32,000 nucleotides of DNA from Flavobacteriaceae bacterium (GCA_965224465.1 OZ245049.1:3810001-3842000); one strand, 5' to 3'. Positions 1 to 7,761 are shown, counted from the stretch's first letter. Numbers and translations: made by a program. The notes: generated by a model not told the origin, from the sequence alone.

Positions 1-1229
1 CCTCCTATTGTTTCGTAGGCTTCCATTCTATATCGAATACTGGTGAGTAAATATTGAACCATTATAATGCTTATTTGTGCGATTTGAATATCAAAATTAG
101 TGGACTGACATTTTCCAAGACCAAACAACTGCTTAGCTTCTTTAAAAAACACTTCTATGGACCATCTGATACTGTATATTTCAATAGCCTTTACGAATTT
201 CAGTGTTGTGTCAGTTGATATTAACGTATGCCATTTGCCATTCTTTCCACGTTTTGAAATAAATACAGCAACCTTAAGACCGTCAATTTCAGTTATGTAA
301 TGATGGTAGTAATAATTGAATTTACGGCATCGTTTTGGTTTTATTTTCTGTTTTTTGAGTTGTGACAAGGTTTTAATCTTTGATTTAACTTCAATTTTAC
401 TGTTGTATTTATACATTCCTATAATATGAGTTAAGCTACTAATGTCCCGTAACTTTCTAAGTAATTTAACACTTGTAAACCAACTGTCTATTAAGATGTA
501 ATCTACAGGTACCTTACGTTTTATAAGCCTTGAGAACATTTGCACCAACAAGTCTGTTTTCTTTTTATTGAGTTCCTGATACCTTTTTGCTGCAATTGTT
601 TTACTACATCTCGGCGTTTTCTTTTGAAGTCTACGTTGCTTTGCTGTTAGTCCGTATTTTAATTTTGATGTTTTACTTTCACGGTGTAAACTAAAATCAA
701 CAGGAATAAATACACTTCCGTTCCAGTAACCAGCAACAAGTAGTTTATAACCTAGGTAATACGTTTTTGATACATGGTTGTATATTTTTGAAACACCTTC
801 AATTGTCTTTCCTGTTTTAGAAAGATCAGTATCATCAAAGATCAAGCATCTTGTAGCATCTTTAGATGGAGTAAAGAACTCTTCTTTTAATAGATATTGC
901 TTCACAAACTGAGCTAGAAAAACCCTCCAATTTATCTTTTGATTTGCTAGGATTCGATAGTATGAATCTTTACCAGACTGACCTAATCCTTTGTCTTTAT
1001 TGCTTGTAAGTCCATGAATAGAGTCAAATCCAATAATAGGTAAAATTAAAAGTGTAGAAATCAAATTACCGAATGAAATCCCCGATTTCTTACACCAACT
1101 AAACTTGTTTTTAATTTTATTGAATCCTAAAATATTTAGATGTGCTTGTAGGTATTCTGAACTAAGCCAAATCTTATTAAATTTTCCTTTTATCTCCTGT
1201 GTTTTTGTGATATCTTCGTGTTCTAGCAT
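1..1229 (-). CDS. IS4-family DDE transposase; the C-terminal end runs off the window start
   Basis: Absent from the ORF track because it has no stop in the window. Manual minus-strand translation from ATG (1229-1227) is open for 409 codons: MLEHEDITKTQEIKGKF... Catalytic blocks are CLIFDDTDLSKTGK (D), YILIDSWFTS (D) and YSIRWSIEVFFKEAKQLFGLGKCQS (E plus the Y-R-E-K signature typical of IS4/DDE_Tnp_1). Confidence 0.85.
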   Translation of the reverse strand, partial: MLEHEDITKTQEIKGKFNKIWLSSEYLQAHLNILGFNKIKNKFSWCKKSGISFGNLISTLLILPIIGFDSIHGLTSNKDKGLGQSGKDSYYRILANQKINWRVFLAQFVKQYLLKEEFFTPSKDATRCLIFDDTDLSKTGKTIEGVSKIYNHVSKTYYLGYKLLVAGYWNGSVFIPVDFSLHRESKTSKLKYGLTAKQRRLQKKTPRCSKTIAAKRYQELNKKKTDLLVQMFSRLIKRKVPVDYILIDSWFTSVKLLRKLRDISSLTHIIGMYKYNSKIEVKSKIKTLSQLKKQKIKPKRCRKFNYYYHHYITEIDGLKVAVFISKRGKNGKWHTLISTDTTLKFVKAIEIYSIRWSIEVFFKEAKQLFGLGKCQSTNFDIQIAQISIIMVQYLLTSIRYRMEAYETIG

Positions 1230-1342
1230 GTTTTGTACTTTCTTGTTCGTACTTAAAAGTACAATAAAACCAGGGGATTACCTTGGTTTTCATGCTATTT
1301 ATTTTCACTTAAACACCTGTAAATGATGGGTGCGAAACTTGA
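1..1342 (-). mobile_element. Partial insertion sequence (IS4 family). The inner boundary is approximate and the outer end lies outside the window.
   Basis: Transposase CDS plus ~110 nt of upstream non-coding sequence. The reading frame of the adjacent + strand gene opens abruptly at 1343, right after an in-frame TGA at 1340-1342. The terminal inverted repeat cannot be defined because the other end is not in the window. Confidence 0.55.
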
Positions 1343-1360
1343 GTTATTTATAATCCTCCA

Positions 1361-1993
1361 ATGTTAGATGATGGGGAAACCCCAGAATATGTTGGCAAAG
1401 AAAGTTATTCGGGTAGTTTTGAATTTGAAGCAACTTTACCTTATAAAAAAGAAGTTGATTGGTTTAAATTCGAAGATTTAAGGAATTCACCAAATATTCA
1501 ACAGGAAGTACTAGTAGCATACAAAGAAATAGGGCGGTTGTATGAAAGTGGGGATTTTGAAACTCTGTTACAACTATATGATCCCATATTTAAAACTGAG
1601 GCACAATCCACTTTTGCTACTAAAGAAAGATTAGACTATTTAAATGTTCCTGACAGGATTCACCCTTTTTTATATAAATCGAAAGTTGTATTAGATCCTA
1701 ATTATGAAATAAAATTTTATGCTGACGGAACATTAGTAGCTTTGAAAACGAAAACTTCTGAACGGAATTATTCTAAATCACCATTAACGATTAGATATGA
1801 TAAAGATTTTGATCTTTTGCCAGAGAGTGCAAATGTAAATTCTAAAGAATTAAAACTTAATCTCAGTGGTACGATTCCGAAAAAAGAAATGGAATTATAC
1901 TTATTCTTCTATAAACCAAAAGGATCAAATACTTTAAAATTAGCTACAGATATTTTTAGAGAGGAAAAATTATTAAATCCAATAGAAGATTAA
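1361..1993 (+). CDS. Hypothetical protein, probably a 5'-truncated remnant of a longer gene
   Basis: 210-aa ORF with normal-looking composition, no signal peptide and no recognisable domain. The frame is already open from 1343 (VIYNPP before the first Met) and abuts the IS. Its stop overlaps the next ATG (TAATG at 1991-1995). Confidence 0.5.
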   Translation: MLDDGETPEYVGKESYSGSFEFEATLPYKKEVDWFKFEDLRNSPNIQQEVLVAYKEIGRLYESGDFETLLQLYDPIFKTEAQSTFATKERLDYLNVPDRIHPFLYKSKVVLDPNYEIKFYADGTLVALKTKTSERNYSKSPLTIRYDKDFDLLPESANVNSKELKLNLSGTIPKKEMELYLFFYKPKGSNTLKLATDIFREEKLLNPIED

Positions 1994-2267
1994 TGAGATT
2001 AGGTAAACACATATTTCAGCATATAAAGATCATTTTTTTGATGAGTCTTGTTTTTTGCACCGCTTGTGGGCAAACAAAAAATCAAAAAAACGAGATGAAC
2101 ACTTAAATTCTGATTCTAAAACAACAAAGAATGAATGTAATGGTTCCGTAATTTCTAAAATTTCCTTGAAAGGTCAAGATACTAAAATGATATACAGGAG
2201 CGTTAGGTATGCGAAAAGCATGAAAAAAGAAGCTGTATTTTTAGAGTCTCGGATGCATAATTTATAA
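1993..2267 (+). pseudogene. Small lipoprotein gene, apparently frameshifted in an A-tract
   Basis: ATG 1993 encodes MRLGKHIFQHIKIIFLMSLVFCTACGQTKNQKNEMNT* (signal peptide with a lipobox-like TAC|G), stopping at 2104-2106. The track ORF 2055-2267 continues in another frame. One extra A in the A7 run (2084-2090) or the A6 run (2076-2081) would fuse them into a ~91-aa product. Confidence 0.35.
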
Positions 2268-2572
2268 AAAATAAAAACAGTATATAACGGGGCTTTTCCC
2301 TGTAAATACGAGTACTCTAATCATAGGGTTAGAGCGAAATTAATGGATATCTAGCTGTATTTTAAGGAAGAATACCATTGTATGAGAAGGGTTTTGGCAC
2401 TAAAAACATGTCGAATTTACATGTGAGTGTCTGTTATTCAGTTTTTTAGTGAAATTAGGAAATAGCGTCTGTTATTTTCGGAGATGATTTGATTTAAAAA
2501 CAAAAACCAACGATAGAAAAAAAGAAATTTAGAGGGGGGATTTAAAAAAGCTTACAACTAAAAAAAACTTAA

Positions 2573-2580
2573 TATATTTG
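2573..2580 (+). promoter_or_regulatory. Candidate Bacteroidota -7 promoter box (TATATTTG)
   Basis: Matches the TAnnTTTG consensus, 30 nt upstream of ATG 2610. No clear -33 TTG was seen. Confidence 0.35.
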
Positions 2581-2609
2581 ATGAAAATAACTGCTAATAA
2601 CTAAAAAAT

Positions 2610-3611
2610 ATGAGTGCAAATAAAAACAAAATGTCTAATCATTTAGACTCATCTGTAATCCGTTTCTTTATTCTTGCTTTTTTTGTTTCAGCTTCTGTTT
2701 TAGCTTATAGAGCAACACGATATTCTCCCTGTAAAGAAGTTGTATTTATTGTAAAAACAAAAGATCTTGTAGAAGGGAAACTTGTTAAATTTGTAGACAA
2801 TACTTCTAATGCTGTTTCGTGGGAATGGGATTTTGATGATGGTTCTAAAGTAATAACAAATAAGGAGGCTTTACATGTTTTTAAAAAACAAGGAGCGTAT
2901 AATGTAAGGTTGCGAGTGAATGGAATATGTCAAGAAGTTCAAAAAATAATTATAAAAGAAAGGCCATTTATTATAGATGTTACAAAACTGGCAGTGTTTA
3001 ATTTACCCGCATCTATTATTGTAGGCGAAGAACTTGTACTTAGTGATAAAACTCCGAATGCAACTACATGGGAGTGGCGTTTTGGGGAAACAGCAGGGGT
3101 TAACTCAAAAAAGAAGTTAGCAAAATACACCTATGAAACACCAGGTTTAAAAACGGTGTCTCTTATTGTCAATGGTGATATTAAACATGCTACTAATAAA
3201 AAAATTGATGTGTTGCCTTTAAGAAGGGAAGAGGTTCAAGTAAACGTAATCGCTTCGGTTAATAGAACTGTAGGGAGACGAATTTCTAACGCACCTACTT
3301 CGGAAGCTTTAGGGCAACATGCAAATGCCTCTAATACTGACAAGGATGAAATACCGTATATCACGGGGAATTCGTTTAAAAAGAAGCTAATGTTAGTTTC
3401 TCAAAAGAAATTAACTGCTGATGCTTTTAAAGAATATTTATGTGGTGATTTGAACAAAACTATTATTGTAAACGGAGAGAAAACTACCTTCTTAGAATTT
3501 TGTGAACTTATTAAAGAAAAAAATCTTAAAGTAAAAGAAGTTAAGCTATACAGAAATGATAACAACTGTATTACAAATATCACAATCAAAAGAAGTAAAT
3601 ACATCCTTTAA
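2610..3611 (+). CDS. Membrane-anchored protein with two PKD domains and an unassigned C-terminal domain
   Basis: 333 aa. Short basic N-terminus (MSANKNKMSNH), then one TM helix (VIRFFILAFFVSASVLAY). Two PKD-type repeats follow: FVDNTSNAVSWEWDFDDGS...GAYNVRLRVNG and LSDKTPNATTWEWRFGETAG...GLKTVSLIVNG. The last ~120 aa are unrecognised. Confidence 0.85.
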   Translation: MSANKNKMSNHLDSSVIRFFILAFFVSASVLAYRATRYSPCKEVVFIVKTKDLVEGKLVKFVDNTSNAVSWEWDFDDGSKVITNKEALHVFKKQGAYNVRLRVNGICQEVQKIIIKERPFIIDVTKLAVFNLPASIIVGEELVLSDKTPNATTWEWRFGETAGVNSKKKLAKYTYETPGLKTVSLIVNGDIKHATNKKIDVLPLRREEVQVNVIASVNRTVGRRISNAPTSEALGQHANASNTDKDEIPYITGNSFKKKLMLVSQKKLTADAFKEYLCGDLNKTIIVNGEKTTFLEFCELIKEKNLKVKEVKLYRNDNNCITNITIKRSKYIL

Positions 3612-3622
3612 AAATTAATGAC

Positions 3623-4783
3623 ATGAATACACCTGTTACAAAACATAGGGTTAATTGGATTGATGGAATGAAAATCAATAAAAATCATTTTATCGATTCA
3701 GAAAATTCATTATTATCATTGCTCGAAAGAAGTCTTAAAAATAGCATTACACCCATTAATTTCGGGATTATACCTATGTATAACGATGGGCAGGAATCCA
3801 TTGATATTTCTATATCTTTAGACGGTCAAGATTCGATAGAAGTTGTACTAAACGCATGTATAGGTATTACATTAAGTGGTAGTCTGGTCTATATTACACC
3901 AGAAACAAAAGAGTTGCTAGAGCAATCTGGTTATATATTAAAACACCAATACACGTTAAATAAAGAAGAGAAAGAATGGTATGTGGTTCTTACAGTAAAC
4001 CCTTACAATACGATTCCTGTTGGGAATGCAGATCCAGAGGAAGAGCCACCTAGACATCCAGGTACGTTACCGGAATATAAAATAAGTGTTTTGTCCAAAT
4101 CTGAAATAACAAGTAAAGAAATTGGCCTGTACCACCTTACTCTTGGGAAAATTATTTTAGTAGACGATGTGCCAAAGCTATGCGAAGATTTTATTCCGCC
4201 ATGTACCTCGGTACAAAGCCATGTAGATTTAAAATCCTCCTATACACAATTAGCTTCTTTTTTAAACCAAATGGAAGCGTATTGCATGCATATTATACAG
4301 AAAATACATCAAAAAAAACAAACCAACGATTTAGCACACATGGTGTTGCATGTTTCAGAAAGAACCTTGCAATATTTAAACAATACAATTTCCGAATTTA
4401 GGCTTGTAGACAAGTACGCACCACCTATAGAGATGGTAACAAAACAAATTAATTTGGCAAGAACCATTAAAAGCAGCTTAGATGTCTATATTGGTACTGG
4501 AAAAGAGGAATTGTTAAACTATTTGACCGATTGGTGTGATCTGAATCAAGGAGCGTTTGAAAATGTATTGATTGATATGATTGATCTAGAATATGTACAT
4601 ACGGATATAAATGTAGTATTACTAAAAACGGGATCGTTTACTAAATTAATGTTGTCCTTGTTTAAGAAATTAAACGAATTAGATTATATCGGTAAGAAGA
4701 ACGACTCAAATATATTTGTAAAAGAAGAAATAGTAAGTGCGGACAAGGAAATAAAAAACCGAAGAAGCTTTTTATTAGATTAA
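3623..4783 (+). CDS. TssK-like protein (type VI secretion baseplate subunit family), shorter than canonical
   Basis: 386 aa, starting 11 nt after the PKD gene stop. N-terminal HRVNWIDGMKINKNHF resembles the TssK N-terminal block (W-x-EGM-x-L-x-P-x-HF). CEDFIPPCTSVQSHVDL resembles the conserved TssK FIPP-x-L hinge between shoulder and neck. A helical-looking middle region follows. Confidence 0.6.
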   Translation: MNTPVTKHRVNWIDGMKINKNHFIDSENSLLSLLERSLKNSITPINFGIIPMYNDGQESIDISISLDGQDSIEVVLNACIGITLSGSLVYITPETKELLEQSGYILKHQYTLNKEEKEWYVVLTVNPYNTIPVGNADPEEEPPRHPGTLPEYKISVLSKSEITSKEIGLYHLTLGKIILVDDVPKLCEDFIPPCTSVQSHVDLKSSYTQLASFLNQMEAYCMHIIQKIHQKKQTNDLAHMVLHVSERTLQYLNNTISEFRLVDKYAPPIEMVTKQINLARTIKSSLDVYIGTGKEELLNYLTDWCDLNQGAFENVLIDMIDLEYVHTDINVVLLKTGSFTKLMLSLFKKLNELDYIGKKNDSNIFVKEEIVSADKEIKNRRSFLLD

Positions 4784-4922
4784 AAACGTACAACAAGAAG
4801 AATACTAAGCACAGTTTTAAAGCCTATTTATAGATAAACGGAGAAAGACCTCTAAAAAAAGAGAACTGCTGCTGCCGTGTTTCTAACTTGGGGTACTTCA
4901 GAAACAAATCCTTATAATAAAT

Positions 4923-4946
4923 TGGGACAACATTAATGTTGTCCCA
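4923..4946. terminator. Perfect palindromic hairpin downstream of the TssK-like gene
   Basis: tgggacaacattaatgttgtccca forms a ~10-bp stem. There is no strong T-tract on either side, so intrinsic-terminator function is uncertain. Confidence 0.3.
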
Positions 4947-5645
4947 AAAGATATAGAATACTTATTTAGCTAAAAACAGAACTTCTATTTGATGATATTG
5001 TTAAAGAGAATCTCTCTGAGGTAGTGCATAGGAATTCAAATGCTTAAAACTAAATAGAAACGCCTATTTTAAAGAAATAGAAGTTCCCTGTAAATTTAAA
5101 TATACAATTCCGTCTTCCTGTTTTTCGGATGAAATAATAGGGTTACAGGTGATGTTTTGTTGCCTATAGATGTTTCTACAACGCAGCGTGTTTTAGGAAC
5201 AGGTACCGCTGGTAAAAGTGTTTTTAGGGAAGACCCATCAAAAATAATAATTTGTGATAAAGCGATACAGAAAACGGATGTCGTACAAATTTAATCCCAC
5301 CAGTGGGTTTAATTCCCCGATGCTTACATCGAAATAATTAAGGTTTGTTCTTTTTCATGCCTCGTGGGCTTGCCCGAGGTTATTTACTAAGCATGCATAA
5401 ATATTCTTTGTTTTTAAATAGATTAGGGGTTATGAAGTGTTGGCGTACAGGTTGCAAAAGTTTTATTTCCAGAAAACAAAGGGTTCGCTTTGCGGCATCA
5501 TTAATTCCTACAGCGTTCCTACATCCTAAAAAAACACATAACAAGTCCAGGGGAAAAAGACAGCTGCTTTTGTTGTCAGATTAAGCGATCCTTTTCTGCG
5601 AAGGTTTAAAAAGAGGGGATAGGTATTTTTGAAGTATGTATGCCC

Positions 5646-6188
5646 TTATATTTCAAAATTTTCTCTAATGGTTCTAAAAGCTTTACTCATTTGTGCTTCT
5701 ACAGTTTTAACAGAGATATTCAAGGTGTCTCCAATTTCTTGGTAACGCAAGCCTTCTTTCTTACTCAGTAAAAATATTTCTTTACATTTCACAGGAAGCT
5801 TACTTATAATTTTTTTAATTTGTTGTAAGCGTTCTTTTTGATCGTTTTCTTGAAGGTCTATTCTTTCTAATAGCGCCTCGGATCTTAGTTGATCTAACAA
5901 TTCTAAACGGCTTTTTTCTTTGCGATATGCATCAATAAAATGATGGTAAACAGTACTGAATAAGTAGTTTTTTATGGAGGTATTGATCTCTATTGTGGCT
6001 CGTTTTTTCCACATATTTATAAAGGTTTCTTGCACGATATCAGCAGCTTTGTCTTTGTTATTTGTAAGTCCAGAAGCATAATAAAGTAAATCAGAGTAGT
6101 AGTGAGTAAACAAGAATTTATAGGCACTTTCATCTCCTGATTTTAGTGCTTTTACTAGGTTTTTATGATTGTTTAACACGGTTTTCAT
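5646..6188 (-). CDS. ECF-type RNA polymerase sigma-70 factor
   Basis: Region 2 (ADIVQETFINMWKK, YLFSTVYHHFIDAYRK) and a region 4 HTH (LRYQEIGDTLNISVKTVEAQMSKAFRTIRE). The start is set at the internal Met (MKTVLNNHKN, ATG 6188-6186). The track start at 6257 adds a low-complexity hydrophobic extension. Confidence 0.9.
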   Translation of the reverse strand: MKTVLNNHKNLVKALKSGDESAYKFLFTHYYSDLLYYASGLTNNKDKAADIVQETFINMWKKRATIEINTSIKNYLFSTVYHHFIDAYRKEKSRLELLDQLRSEALLERIDLQENDQKERLQQIKKIISKLPVKCKEIFLLSKKEGLRYQEIGDTLNISVKTVEAQMSKAFRTIRENFEI

Positions 6189-6337
6189 TAATAATAATTC
6201 CGATTTATACAAATAACTGAAAAATATCACAATTATAAAAATAAATAAATAAATCAATTTGTAAGGGTATTGTGTTTGAGTTGCGTCTTAAGAGTAATAA
6301 GGGTTAAATACACGCTTATGTTATTGAAAAGAAAGAA

Positions 6338-7534
6338 ATGGCGAGAAAAAATATCGATTTGTTAATAGTGAAATATTTTGACAATCAAATTACAGAAGTA
6401 GAGTTATTAGAGTTGCAAACGTGGGCACATAAAAATAAATCAGCTTTTAAGAGGGCTGTACAGTTGGATTTGGACATTCAAAAAAGTGTGAGTTCTAATA
6501 TGAATTCAGAAAAAGGTTTTGAAATATTCAAAGAAGAAATAACGTATGGTAAAGCAAGAGTGATGACACTATCAAAAAAAAGGTATTTAAAACAATTTTT
6601 GAAATATGCCGCACTTATATTGACTCTGTGTACTTTAGGATCATGGTATTTTTTCAGGAGTAATGAACGGAAACCTGCAATGGTTATAGTAGGAGTGTCT
6701 AAGGAAATTAAATTGGAGTTGGGAGACGGTTCTGTAAAAATTATTACAGAGGGGAAAGCGCAACAAATTCTAAATAATAAAGGAAAACTTATAAGTACTC
6801 AAGGAAAGGAAGTCCTTACTTATACCGCAACATCAACTAAAATGGAAATTTTAAAAGAAACGTATAATACTTTGTCTATTCCTTATGGAAGGACATTTAA
6901 GATAGTGCTGTCCGATGGTACAAGAGTAGCTTTGAATGCAGGCTCTTCTTTGCGATACCCTATTCGTTTTTGGAAAGAAGGACCGCGGAGAGTTTATTTA
7001 GATGGAGAGGGGTATTTTGAGGTAACTAAAAACACGGCTCAACCATTTATTGTCACTACAACTACACATGATATAAAAGTATTAGGGACTCGTTTTAATG
7101 TTAACTCGTACAAGGAAGAGAACACGATGGAAACTGTTTTGGTAGCGGGTGCAGTCGAAATTTATTCGCTAGATAAAACCTCAAAGAAAAACAAGGTGCT
7201 GTTGTTAAAACCAAAACAAAAAGCCTCTTGGGATTCTCTAAAAGGTCGGGTAACGGTTAGCTCTGTAGAAACAGCACAATACACGGCATGGGTGGACGGA
7301 GGTTTGCTATTTGTGAATACCCCGTTTTTAAAGATGATTCGACAAATAGAACGTCATTATAATGTGACTATTCAGAACAATTACAAGGCATTAGAAGGGT
7401 TTGTTTTTACAGCTACTTTTGAGCATGAAAATATTGATCAAGTGATGCGTGCAATCAAATTGTATGGACAGTTTTCTTATTCAATAAATAACAATCATAT
7501 AATCATTAATCAAACTTTAAATAACAAACGCTAA
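6338..7534 (+). CDS. FecR-family anti-sigma factor / transmembrane sensor
   Basis: 398 aa. N-terminal anti-sigma region, one TM helix (YAALILTLCTLGSWYFF) and a periplasmic FecR domain (YGRTFKIVLSDGTRVALNAGSSLRYP...VYLDGEGYFEV...HDIKVLGTRFNV). It is adjacent to an ECF sigma and an STN-bearing SusC. Confidence 0.9.
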   Translation: MARKNIDLLIVKYFDNQITEVELLELQTWAHKNKSAFKRAVQLDLDIQKSVSSNMNSEKGFEIFKEEITYGKARVMTLSKKRYLKQFLKYAALILTLCTLGSWYFFRSNERKPAMVIVGVSKEIKLELGDGSVKIITEGKAQQILNNKGKLISTQGKEVLTYTATSTKMEILKETYNTLSIPYGRTFKIVLSDGTRVALNAGSSLRYPIRFWKEGPRRVYLDGEGYFEVTKNTAQPFIVTTTTHDIKVLGTRFNVNSYKEENTMETVLVAGAVEIYSLDKTSKKNKVLLLKPKQKASWDSLKGRVTVSSVETAQYTAWVDGGLLFVNTPFLKMIRQIERHYNVTIQNNYKALEGFVFTATFEHENIDQVMRAIKLYGQFSYSINNNHIIINQTLNNKR

Positions 7535-7583
7535 TGAGAAAATAAGGACTATTATTTTTTACAAAAATAGACTTCACATAAAA

Positions 7584-7613
7584 AATCGGAAAATGTTGCA
7601 GCATTTCCCGATT
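7584..7613. terminator. Hairpin between the anti-sigma gene and repeat copy 1; the U-tract is only on the minus-strand side
   Basis: aatcggaaaatg / catttcccgatt pair at 11 of 12 positions with a 6-nt loop. The A6 run just upstream on the + strand gives a T-tail only for leftward transcription. Confidence 0.35.
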
Positions 7614-7628
7614 AGATGAAGTGATTTA

Positions 7629-7761
7629 ATACCAAATACATTTCCAAGTAACGGTTTAGAAATGGAATTATTTTTTGTTTTAGTTATCGTTTTATTTTTC
7701 AAAAACGCTAGAACGTAAAATAAACTATTTATATCGGTCATTTTGGATTGTAATTGGTGTA
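7629..7761 (+). repeat. MITE-like interspersed repeat, copy 1 (133 bp)
   Basis: ATACCAAATACATTTCCAAG...TTAGAAATGGAATTA...AAATAAACTATTTATATCGGTCATTTTGGATTGTAATTGGTGTA. The imperfect terminal inverted repeat is ATACCAAnTACA / TGTAnTTGGTrT. It is homologous to copies at 15359, 17451 and 24441. Confidence 0.85.

Noticed and set aside
1105-1326. 73-aa + strand ORF
   Set aside because: It is antisense to the N-terminus and upstream region of the transposase and has no supporting features.
5345-5584. 79-aa + strand ORF in the long gap
   Set aside because: It is highly basic with an odd composition (MFFFMPRGLARG...KKTHNKSRGKRQ). It has no upstream -7 box and no motif. It was kept only as part of the unexplained-gap finding.
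5100-5640. Possible structured RNA: weak resemblances to cobalamin riboswitch, RNase P CR-V-like ACAGAAAACGG, and SRP-like GTCC..GGAA..AGC
   Set aside because: The resemblances are short and out of order relative to the real consensus structures. The required pairing partners were not found, and no downstream + strand gene exists for a riboswitch. I cannot support any named RNA family without a covariance-model scan.
6189-6257. Longer start for the ECF sigma gene (adds MIYLFIFIIVIFFSYLYKSELLL)
   Set aside because: The extension is translated AT-rich promoter-like sequence. ECF sigma factors are soluble, and the internal Met gives a canonical length (~180 aa).
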